A stretch of DNA of 64,000 nucleotides. It comes from Lama guanicoe. Lineage: Eukaryota. The DNA lies in contig MU054187.1 of NCBI GenBank assembly GCA_013239625.1, positions 11,057,231 through 11,121,230 of the forward strand, written 5' to 3'. Shown here piece by piece: positions 25,931-37,143 of the stretch. The notes under the pieces are model-generated. The model did no database searches, was not told the origin of the DNA, and saw only the letters and a list, made by a program, of their open reading frames with translations. The translations under genes were made by a program, and so were the position numbers. How positions within the stretch are numbered: the first letter of the stretch is position 1; each line of letters begins with the position of its first letter.

Positions 25931-28879
25931 AAATTGAAAATCAAAAAATATTCAGAGTTCACATCCTAGCTAAAAGGCACTAGATTAGGCTTGGATGACT
26001 GAACATACATGGACTGTCTCTAAGATACTGGGGAGGAAAAAATTAGTAATAGGCAATTAATTTCTTTTCATTATGAATTTATCTCCAATGGGCCCAAGCC
26101 CTAGATTTTAAATCCAAAGAATTAATAATATTGCAGTCACAGACAAAACAATCGCTGGAAAAAGTTATATAAAAGCATTATAATTTTGCATGGTACAATA
26201 ACTGGTGATTTTAATTACTCCTTTTTCTCTAATCTATAACAATAGATTTTTAAATCTATTTAACAAATGTTTAAGAATTGTTTGAAGGCTTAATCTGGGA
26301 AAAGATGTATTAGAAGAATGCCTGAACCCTGCTATCTTGTGAAGCAAGTTTAAACAGGTATCAAAAGGAGGCAGTGGTTGTAGGACTCAAAGAATTTCTC
26401 CTTTTTCATAATACGTTTTCAGGGAATCCATTTTTCCTTATTTACTCCATTCATAAGTATGAATTATATTTCATTTACAGGTATGCTGGAATGTTAAAGG
26501 GCTTAAAAATGAAAGGCATGGGGTGTTGAAGTCCTTTTAGTCAGACCTGTGTTGCCTCTATCAACAATGTAAAGAATGTCTAGAATGTTTGTGTGTGTGG
26601 CCTGGACACTCTGGCTCTGTTGTGATGTTTCTCGAAAGAACAAAGAATCACTCAACAACAGTAACCTTCAACAAAAGCTAAAGATGGCAAGTCAAGGTTC
26701 AGGCATTACCCTTCCAAAGAGTTCATTCTCAGATGGATGATCACACTGGAACTTCGCACAAACAAGTGAGTGCAAAAACCCTGGGAGATCCTATAGGTTT
26801 GTTTTTTTTTTCCAGTTGCTTCGTGACTGCCACTCACGGGTGAAGAGATTTACTCTTTTTTAAGCAGTGGTCTTCTATTTAGATATCAAAACTATAAACA
26901 CTTTATATAAAATTATAAACACTGAGCTGATGCTTACTTTGTTGGAAACAGATCCAGGAAACCCACAGATCATTTGGTGAGAAGTCAGAAAACAATAAAA
27001 ATATTAAAGTAGCTAAAATTCAAGATTCTAATAAGGAACCCCCACACTTAGGCTAAATAAAAACAAAATGTGCTTCCTCTTTACGCCAACATACATTTGT
27101 TCTGCAGAAATGCTATGGAGACTGATAACTGAATGATTATTTAAAACGGAGTGATGGAATTTTCAACAAAGGATAGTCCAAACTATGGAGAGAATGAGAA
27201 AATATCTTTCTGTTGGGAGTCGTAGAAGCTCTTAGATATTCTCATCCCCTGACTGGTCTCGGAACAGCAACCTCTCCGTCCGCCACACTGCGTTTATATG
27301 GGTATAAAAATGTGTTGTCTACTTTATCCAAGTTTCCAAACAGTGGACTGAGTCACACACTTTAAAATGTTTCTCTTTTCACAAACATGCTGAAGAAATC
27401 TTAATAGGCTCCCAATGAAGAAGTTAAAAAGAAGAAGGGTTTTGTGGTAAAGGAACAAGGTAGTTATTTTGAAGAGCTACAAAATAGGGCACATAAAGTT
27501 CTCAGTGACTTTTGGATGGGAAATTCTTTTCCACCCATTCTGTCCCATAAAAATATCTACACCACAGTATTATAATACACCAAAGAGGAGAAAAATTTGC
27601 CTGTCCTTTCAGGATCTATTCATGTGCTCTCAGGATATAATTTTCTACTTTTTTTGGAAGTCAAATAAGGCAAAATAGACTATGACTGGAGTTTTCTTTT
27701 TTTAATATTGGCCAAATAGTAAGCTTGACCAGCACCGGGATTCTCAACATGGTCTTTCTCCATCTTTCCCGGTTGGATCTAACACATCAAAATGAATTTT
27801 CCCCTGATGACTTCCTTCTTTCCTTCAAACCCAGGGGATTCGTTTCTTATTTTTGCATTTTCTATTAGCAGACAAACGAATGTCAATTAAAATTCGGTTT
27901 TGGGGTGGTCTGTATTCTAAAACGATATTCACAAGACTCTGCTATCAGTTAATTTTTTTACTTCTTGTGTCTTCTTTGCATTTTCCTAGAAGTGATGATT
28001 TAAAAAAAAAAAAGCCATCATTGAGAAATGATAAAATGGGAAATTGGAACTTTGTACACTGAAGACAGGAAGAAACAGAGGGCAGGATTTTCTTTACACT
28101 AACTCATAATAGAGGTTGAAAGTAAAATTTTAAGAAATTTTTATGGCTATTGTATTTTGTTTTAGTAATGGGAAAAATTTGGAATGTCATTGCCACCAAT
28201 GCAAAGGAGTTTTTTCCTTATTTCATTGGAATTCAAAAAAAAAATTCAGAGAAAAAGCCATTTCTCTTAAGTTGCAAACTCTCTTTTAAAGGGTGAAGTT
28301 CTTCTGGTGAGCCCTTTATTTTCACATGACAGAGACTTGAGGAGAGAGTGAGATGTCAAACATGTATTATTAATTTAAAAAAAAACACTTTTAGAAGATG
28401 ATAAAAATCTGTAGGTATTTTAGAATAACCTGGTAAGAAATGTTTTAGAAATTCAACTTCACATTAAATAGAATATATGTGTCGAAAAGTTTTTTTCTGA
28501 AAGGTCAGGACCTTTTTAAAAAGATCAAATAAAGGAGGACTGACTGGAAAATTTTGTTTATGTAAATGGCTTCTCTCCTATTTTGAGCACAACTGTGCCA
28601 TTTCTATCTCTGGAGGAGTCCTACTGTCAAATGTCACTTCTCAACATCAGCAGTTCAGTGGAGCCTCCTGTTCTTGTAACTGATTATAGAAATTGCATAT
28701 CTGACTTCAGAAGTACATGTGACTCATAAAACAAAATCTTGTGAACCAGAAAGAATCTATAAAATCTGCAGCATTTAAAAATTTATCCCATTCTAACTAA
28801 TAGCAAACCATCATTTAACCGAAAACAAAACTTTCTTTTTATTTGAGAGAGCTAAGAAAGGAAGATTCTTGGCCAATAA

Positions 28880-29830
28880 ACTAGTGTAATTTATTGACCC
28901 ATTGTCTTTCTGGGTTCTTACCTGTATTCTAGAAGCTGTGGGGCTCCTCCTTTTCTTCCTCCCTCACTTCCATCCTTTTTTCCTTCTGTATGTCATGCTT
29001 CACATTTTCCAACTTTTCTTTTGTCTCTTGAACATAGCAAGCATCTTTGTTTCATATTCTGTATTTGATAATGCCAGGATTTGAAATTTTTGCAGATTTA
29101 GTTTTACAATTTCTCAATCAAGTTGCATTGCTCCTTTTTGTTGTTAAGTATGAATGACTGTGAGCCAATCGTTTTTTGTGGGTGGCGAATTATTTGTGGA
29201 ACTTATTTAGAGATAAAAATCTTATCCTTTAAAGAGAATTCACATTTGTTTCTGCCAAGCACCTTGGGAGCCTTACCAATCTAGGTCCACTTTGAACAAC
29301 ATTCACAGCTTGAGGCTCAGTGGACCCCTCAGTGATGTGACGTTAAGACACGAGTCCATTTAAGAGCTGACTTGTGGTGACCCTGTCTCAGTGATGGCCT
29401 CTTCTTCTCACCCTGCTCTGCTTTGTGCCTTGAAGTCCTTCAGGAGAGGGAGTCAGGGTGGATGGGCTTCTGGGTCAGTTTACACTGATGCTGCTGTGCT
29501 TTGGGGTTAGAACTTTGTGAGCAGGGTGATAGCCTGGACTTGCTCTTTGTCCCCCATGTTCTGTGACTGCATGAACATGGCAGCTCTGATGTTGACAGGC
29601 AGCAATGCCCTCGGGCAAAAGCAACTTGGATGCTCTGATTACCATTCTGGGTCCAAACCTTCATTTACATTTTGGACTGATAATTTCTACAAGCTTGTCA
29701 TGGCTTTCATGGTTTTCAGAATTGGTGAAAAACATGTTTTAATCATTGTTAGAAGGATAGTCATTACCTACCTTGAATTTTTCTCAGAAATAGAAATCTT
29801 AAACGACTAGCCAACTTATTCTAAAATTAA
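28880..29830 (-). mobile_element. Old L1 5' region (L1M/L1ME-like), antisense
   Basis: aaagagaattcacatttgtttctgccaagcaccttgggag; tagtcattacctaccttgaa. Confidence 0.5.
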
Positions 29831-30650
29831 AATAGTAATACAACCTATGTAATAAACTATATTTCTGGATGCAAATTCATTTAATATTTTAAAATATAAT
29901 ATTTAAGATATTTAAGCCATTAATGGGTTAATACAGAAAAATATTGAATGATCTGCATAGGTAATAAAGTGAAATTTAACAAAACTCAATGACAATTTCT
30001 GTTAAAATAAAATATATTAAAACTCTCTAAGTAAACTAAGAATGGAAGAATGATTTCCTAATAAGATTACAAAATGTATTTCTAAAACCTATAATTAAAA
30101 TTATAACTTACTTTTATTACACTAAAAGTCATCTCTCAATTTCAAAAGTCAAACAAAATTTCCTCTAGTGCCACTATTATGCAATTTCAGCAGTTTTAAA
30201 CAATTCAACAGTATAACAATTTTAAATTATTTTTTAAAAGAAGCAAAATTTCATTATTTACACAAAGATTTTTTGAAAACCCAGAAATCAACATTAAGTC
30301 TTTAGATATAATAAAATAGGAAATACTTATTTCTACTTATACTCAATGTACAAGCATCAGTTGTACTATACACAGCAAAATCTAGTTAGAAAGTATATTA
30401 ACAAGTAAAATGCCAATCAGAATTATAAAAAAATATATAAAATATCTGGAATAAATGTAACAAGAGCTGTATGGAACCTGTACGATGAAAAGATCAAACT
30501 TATACTACAGTACATGAACAAGGTGTGAATAAATTGAAAGATAAACCAAATGGGAAGATTTAAAATGGTACAGATAATGTTACTCTCCAAATGACATATA
30601 TATGTAGGTCAATATCAAACAAAATCCTATTTTGGTTAATCTAAAACTAT
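29830..30650 (+). mobile_element. Highly decayed L1ME ORF2
   Basis: A-rich; aaactctctaagtaaactaagaatggaag, ctggaataaatgtaacaagag, tgggaagattt. Confidence 0.7.
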
Positions 30651-32764
30651 GACATTATTATTATTACATTTTCACCTGAGAAGAAACTTATTTTGTAGCT
30701 GAATGTTAAGCATTGAATAGATCATATAGGTTATAAGCAAATTTGGGATTTAAAATGTGAAGTTTGGTTCTATTAGCTTTCTTTAAAAAATTTCCTATAT
30801 GAATTAAATATAAAAATTCTGACCAAAAATAAGCTAAGATAATTGCTTTTTAAAAAGTTTGCCTTGAAGTCTCTGATCTCCTCAGTACTAACAAGGCCAA
30901 TATGTTTAGTTAAAGTGCAGGACATAGAAATTTAAGAGTGAGTCCATCTCATTATTTGTAGAATTTCATTAGGCTTATTTGTAGTGGGAAAAATATATAT
31001 TACCTAAAACCCATTATAATTCTGAAGGTGATAAAAATGATGAGAAATTTAAAATATTATTAGGACATTTTAAGATGTATCAGCACTCAAAATATACAAC
31101 TTGACAGACTCTTTTTCAGAAAAGTACTCAAGGATGTGCACTCAACAACAGAAAAATGAATCAGCATAGAGGAAGGGAGGCAGTAGAGAACATAACATAT
31201 AACAAATAGTGATGGTCATTTAAACCTGAAAAAAACAAATAGTAATGTTTAAAACCCATAACAAAAGAGCCTGCCATACTTCTAATTTAAGGAATGTAAT
31301 GAACTCATGAAATATTGTGCAAAATTAAAAGCTATTTAGTAGAGTCAGTGGAACTGCAAAAGATTGTGGCTCCCCAGAGTCTGAATTACCCACGAAAAGG
31401 CAGATTCCCGGGGGATGAGGTTACTCAGTGAGCTGAGTGTTCGTGTTCTCCTGGGAAGCTGGGGACCTAATCCCAGATAACCCAGGACTCCACTCTAATA
31501 CTTAATTGCTAGGGAACCATGCAACATTTTCCAACTGTAAATATTTTTATAGAAAACTTTATAAAGTATTGTACTGGTTCTTACCATAGTTTCTTGGCAT
31601 TTTACGTGAGTGGTGCATTCATGTTTATATCTTGAAAACCAAAGAACCTGCGAATTTAAGATAAATTGTTGCTTTAAAAAATAAGCTTTTGAGGTTACAT
31701 ATTTGATTAATGATTTAGCCATCATTTTAAGTGTTCTAAAAAATTATAAACTGGGCGATTCAGGTTAATCTTTTAGAAATGTTCACCCAGACAAAAATAG
31801 TATCATTAATCAGCAGAAGCATTTTTACTTTTATAACCGATTGAAAATACTGAGAATAAATTAGAACATTACCAGTCTGGGCACCAGTCATGGAAGTTTT
31901 TTGGAATTTTTGAATAATAACATCTAAATTATAAAGGCTTTCCTTGGAACAATGTATCTGTTTTTACATCAAGGTTTATTACATGGTTAATTATCTAGAA
32001 ATGCACCAGATATTTAATATGAGCCTAGCATTTATTCAAATACTTAAGCTCTAAACATGGATTAATGTCCCTGAGAGTAATTGTTCCTAACCAGCTCTTT
32101 AATTGGGATAATACTTACCATTTGTCAGCTATAAATCATGTTTTAACTTTGGGCAGCAGGCTCCTTGGTTTAATAATCCTTATCATAATGTCCAGGAATT
32201 TCTTAAGTATATGCAAAATTTAGATATTTACATTATCCCACAGGAACCTGCCTTAGTTAGCATGTCTATAAAGGCAGTGTTCTGAAGCAGGCAGAATGTT
32301 TAACTTAAGGTAATAAGTGATTAATTTTCACACTAGAACTGCAAATAGTACCCTAATTAATGAACTTGATAATGTATGGCTATTTGCTGTTGAGGACACG
32401 AACAGCCACATTTATAAAATAGCTGAATGAGAGAGAGCCTGCAGCCAAGGACAGACGACAGCCACTAACACATATTCATCAGGAAGCTATTTATAGTCTT
32501 TTTACAGCGGAAAGTTAGTGGTTGGCTTCAGATCCTGTGTCTTAATTCAAACTGCATTATGTAAATCAGTGTGTGAAGCTGGGTCTCGGCCAAGAAATAT
32601 ACCCTGTGAAATGTGAACATCCTTTTAGAAATTCAAGTGCTTAATTTATGGATGTGTGTAAATGAGTGAACTAAATTCTACAAGTTTAAAGGAAAAAAAC
32701 TGTTTACAATAGACACTGCATCATCACATGAATTAATTATTTTTCTGAAATGGCTTTGCTTTGA

Positions 32765-32766
<2 letters not shown>

Positions 32767-32802
<36 letters not shown>
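32767..32802. repeat. (AT)18 microsatellite
   Basis: Seen directly. Confidence 0.95.
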
Positions 32803-32806
<4 letters not shown>

Positions 32807-33479
32807 TATAGCCACTCTTGAATTTGTCTTACAGAACTTGTGTTGCATTACTGTCCTGGGTAGAAAGAAAAAATGATCCAGCTTTCAGCCTAAAAAAATA
32901 TGCCATTCACCCTCCCCATTAGGCATTCATCATTTTGAGTTGAGTTTGTGAGCCTCACTGAAATGCAAACATCTCTGAAGGAAGTTATATATACATGATG
33001 CTAATCTCAGTCAGTAACATTTCATCATTCACCTTTTATGAGAGTATTTTAAGTTCACTGAAAATAGGTTTTGGCATGTCTGAGGGGAGAAGGAAAAGTC
33101 TGGAGTCTGGAACTAAGATCATTTCTGCTTGGAGAGTCATAGGTAGCAAGGAGACATTCAAAAGATCAAAGAAGGGGAGAGAGGAAGAGGTGGACACAGA
33201 GCAGAATAAGATGGCATCAGACACCAGTAACAAACCACACCTGAATCATGCTCCTAGCTTTCCTCATGGTGCACTCTGCCCACAAAACATCAAGTGCGCC
33301 TCCAAGTCCTGGACGGATTTTGATCTGTGTAGTGCCAAACTTACAAATGCATGATCTAAAACTGATTTCTATGCCAGCTGTTTAGAATCTGGAAAACATT
33401 TCCCAGAGAAACGGGGCTTTCAATTAGTGACATATCCTGGTCCAGCCCTAAAATTCTATTTAAACAACATAGACACACA

Positions 33480-34006
33480 GTCACTATTAGTTGTCTATTG
33501 CTCCCTAAAAACCACCCGAAAAGGTAGTGAGTAAGAACAAACAAACAAACAAACTTCTGAGTTTATTGGTTTTTCTGCTTCATGTGATGTTATTTTGGGT
33601 GGTGGCTCTCTGGAGGCTGGATGAGCGGGAGTGGTCAAAATGGGCTGTCACGTGGCTGGCAGGATGCTGGCTCTTGACTGGGAGCTCAGCTGGCTGACAA
33701 CCAAGGCACTTACACGTGGCCTCGCATTGGACTTGGGCTCCTTACAGCATGGCTGTGGGTTTCAAGAGGGACCATCTCAAGAGATGGAAAAGAGAAGCTG
33801 CGGGGCCGTTAAGAGGTACACCCAGGACTGGCAAAATGTTGCTTCAGCCATATTCTATTAGGGAAAGCAGTCACAGAGCCCACTCAGACTCAAGGGGGTA
33901 GAGATACAAACTCTAATGGTTGGGAAAATGGCAAAGTCACATTCAAAAGAGGATGTGGGATTGAAGTCATTTGTACGACCATCTTTGGAAAATCCACTCT
34001 GCCACG
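33480..34006 (-). mobile_element. MaLR LTR (MLT1H/I-like)
   Basis: ctgggagctcagctggctg...cttgggctccttacagcatggc...cagtcacagagcccactcagactcaaggg...catctttggaaaatccactctgccac. Confidence 0.8.
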
Positions 34007-34174
34007 CCAGCTGTCTACAAACACAATGTACATAAATTACACTTGATTAAGGAAATAGCCGCCATGCATTGTGCTAAGATCAAGAACCTTAAGTCTTCAC
34101 ACCCAGCTCTACTTAATCTCTCTCAATTTTAGTGACCTCCAGTAAAACATGGGCTATTATAACAGCAATATCAA

Positions 34175-34370
34175 AACTGCTTATTTAGCAACTATGAGGT
34201 GCCAGATTCTTTTCAAATGATATATGCTTATTTATTTATTTAATTCAATGACAGCTCTATGGGGCAAATTCTTGTATCATATCTGTTTTAGGGATAGGAA
34301 ACTGAAATAAAAATGGTTTAAAGAGCTTTCCCAAGGTTGCATACCCAGTAAGTGACAAAGCTGGAATTTC
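34175..34370 (-). mobile_element. MIR SINE
   Basis: actatgaggtgccag...ggaaactgaaa...ttcccaaggttgcatacccagtaagtgacaaagctgg. Confidence 0.75.
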
Positions 34371-35109
34371 TGTGTGCTCACAAGGATTAAATCAGGTAAT
34401 AAATATAACTATGGAATGAAAGGTCATCTCATCATCATCATCCTGTGTAACGAATTCATAATGTTCTTCTAAAATCAAATACATTTTCATTATGTGACAT
34501 TGCAAACATGCAGAAGAATCTGGGAAACCATATGACACAGATACATAAAGAACTACCATATACATTGTGTTTAGTAATTGTCTGACAGGTTAGGGCTCAG
34601 GTAGGCTGTATCTGTCCTGTTATTATTATAAACAGTCTCCTGTTTATATAAAAATTGTAGTCTTTGATACACCATGATGTTTGAATTAATCATTTGGGGA
34701 TTACATATGAAAATTCTTTCCCAATCTTGGCAACTTTCTCTGCCACTTCACAGCCCAGGAGAAGGTAAAGTGTGGAGGCAACGGCCCAATTTTACATTTC
34801 CACTGAGACATGGGCTTTTCCCACAGTTACACAGATGTCTACCCTGTAAACATTCAGTATTGGGACAAATTTGGGGGAGTAAGGTGAAGACAATAATTCT
34901 TAAGGCAGTCCCAAGAAACAAGAAACTAAAGAGAAACCCAGATCCGAGTGGGTACATGGGAGACAGAAATGATGCTGAAGAAATAAAATATCCTCAACTC
35001 AAGCACATCGAGTGTTTGTAAATGTGGTGCCTTGCCGTGTTAAAGGAGATAAACTTCTACACAACAATGGGGCTATTATATAGTCTCCCTATATTTAGGA
35101 GAAGCTAGA

Positions 35110-35228
35110 ATATACATAGCCTGGTTCACCTAGGAACAGTCCTAGTTATCCTTGAGTAGTTATTAATAGCACATCTTTTCACTCAAAAGTGCCACAATTT
35201 GGAAAATAAATTACATGATCACCATACC
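35110..35228. mobile_element. MER94-like hAT-Blackjack (duplicated at about 37462-37580)
   Basis: ttattaatagcacatcttttcactcaaaagtgccacaatttggaaaataaattacatgatcaccata. Confidence 0.75.
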
Positions 35229-35294
35229 TAGCTTTAGTCAAGGAATTAACATCCTTCCAGTTACCCAGAAACCTGAGTTTTATTTTATGTTCTC

Positions 35295-35680
35295 TTGTTC
35301 ATTCATTCTTCAGTCACTCATTCATTCTTTCAGCGAGCATCTGCTCACTCACTGCTTGGGACGTGCCATTCTTTGTCCCTGGAACTAAGACACAAAGATG
35401 AATGGAACATTGTTTCCCTTCCCAAGGGGCGTATGCTTGCAGGAGAAAGAGTCATGTAAATATATTATTAAAAAGAATGTATTATCAATGAAACAGTAGG
35501 AATACATGTACCATATTGTAGGAGAAGAGATGAGGACATAGCAAGAAAATCTCAGAAGAAGTAAATCTTGATTTAAGCCTTAGAGGATCACTGAGCCGGG
35601 GGGAGCAGAGAAAGGTCTTGAGATTTCCGTGGGAAGAGACCCCTAAACAGAGCGAGTAACACAGGCAAAGACACGAAGGT
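35295..35680 (-). mobile_element. L2 3' end (duplicated at about 37647-38032)
   Basis: ttcattcattc...gagcatctgct...aagacacaaagatgaatggaaca. Confidence 0.7.
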
Positions 35681-36288
35681 TGTATTAATTTGCTATTGCT
35701 TTGTAGCAAATTACCACAAGCCTAGTGGCCTCGAACAACATACGTTAATTATATCACGGATTCTGTAGATGGCAAGTCTTGGCACGGCTGGTTGGATTCT
35801 TGGCTCAGGGGCTGACATCAGGTGCCTCAAGGCTGAAGTTCTGTCTGAGGTTTGGGCTCTTCTTCCAAGTTCACCGATTGTTGGCAGAATCTATCTGGCA
35901 GCTGTGAGACTGGGGCCCCTGCTTCCTCCTAGCGATTGCCTGGAGGCCACTCTCAGCAGCTCAAGGCTACCCTCGATTTCCTGCCACGTGATGGTTCCCA
36001 GCCAGGCTGTTGTTTCTTCCAGGCTAGAAGGTGTCTCTCTCTAACTTCTTGATCTGTGATCTACTGGAGAAAATCCCTTGCTTTTGAAGAGTTCATGTGA
36101 TTAAATCAGACTTAGGAGATAATCTCCCTCTTTTAAGGTCAACAGATTTGGGACATTAATTACAACCACAAAATCCCTTCATAGCTGGAACTAGATTAGT
36201 GTTTTATTAAACACCTAGGAGAGGGTGTCTGTGTCCCAGGAAACAAAGATCAGGGTCAGGGTGGGGAGTTAGGACTCTGGGTACCACA
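35681..36288 (-). mobile_element. MaLR solo LTR, MLT1E/F-like (duplicated at 38033-38640)
   Basis: tgtattaatttgctattgctttgtagcaaattaccacaa...ataatctccct...caaaatcccttca...ctgggtaccaca. Confidence 0.85.
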
Positions 36289-36423
36289 GGTGAGTCGCAC
36301 GGCCCGTTTGTAAGGAGAAATCACAGCGTGTGGGACCCTAGCCTCTCAGACTTTATCAGTGTTTGCCAAACTTGCATTAAGAGTCACCTGTTGCACTTGT
36401 TAAAAATACAGATTAGAATTTTA

Positions 36424-36587
36424 CATTTTTTAAACTTTTTTTAATTGAAGTACAGTCAATTATAATGCATCAATTTCTGGTGTACAGTCATGCATATACA
36501 TCCATATATTCATTTTCATATTTTTTCATTAAAGTTTATGACAAGATTCTGAATATAATTCCCTGTGCTGTACAGAAGAAACTCAGT
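36424..36587 (-). mobile_element. Short L1 3'-end insertion with 11-bp TSD next to a MER5 remnant (duplicated at 38776-38939)
   Basis: ttgaagtacagtcaatt...ccctgtgctgtacag; TSD ttagaatttta at 36413-36423 and 36588-36598. Confidence 0.85.
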
Positions 36588-37143
36588 TTAGAATTTTAAA
36601 CGTATACCTATTTATAAAATAAAGATTCAAGTTCACAGAATTGAGTTGATTATCATCTTCAACCCATGGCATGCCAGCATTTGTAACTTACTAGGCTCCT
36701 CTTTTGTTTTATATTGATTCTTTCTCTTCATCCCCATTCTCATTCCTACTCCTAAGCCCCACATCCGCGGTGACTCTCGTGCACTTAATAGTGTTCTGTG
36801 AATCCACCACCCGTGTGAGCCTTAATAAAGGCATATACTTGAAAAACACACAATGTTGTTGTGTTTGTGTGTTTTATTAGATTTTTTCTTATATGATGTT
36901 GTGCCATAAATCTCCTTCGAGTTCTTTTTACTCTGCAAGTCGCATTTACTGCCTCTGCAAAGGATTCTGTCCCTATTCAGAGTCACAATTTGCTCATCAA
37001 TTCCTCTGGGATGGAAACTGGACTGCCTCCAACTTCTTGTCATCACATCCTTGTCCTCTTAGGGAGCTATGTGAAAGTTTCTCAGGGCTACACATCTAGG
37101 AATGGAATCGCTGTGTGATTGGGTTAACGCATACTTAATTTCA

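Larger units (their letters stand above)
34792..37143 (+). repeat. Tandem segmental duplication, copy 1 (2352 bp)
   Basis: Near-identical to 37144-39495 at an offset of 2352; the paired ORFs in the track are identical or nearly so. Confidence 0.98.

Noticed and set aside
32118..32270. Minus-strand consensus donor ATG|GTAAGT with upstream acceptors
   Set aside because: Stops in all frames and no other support
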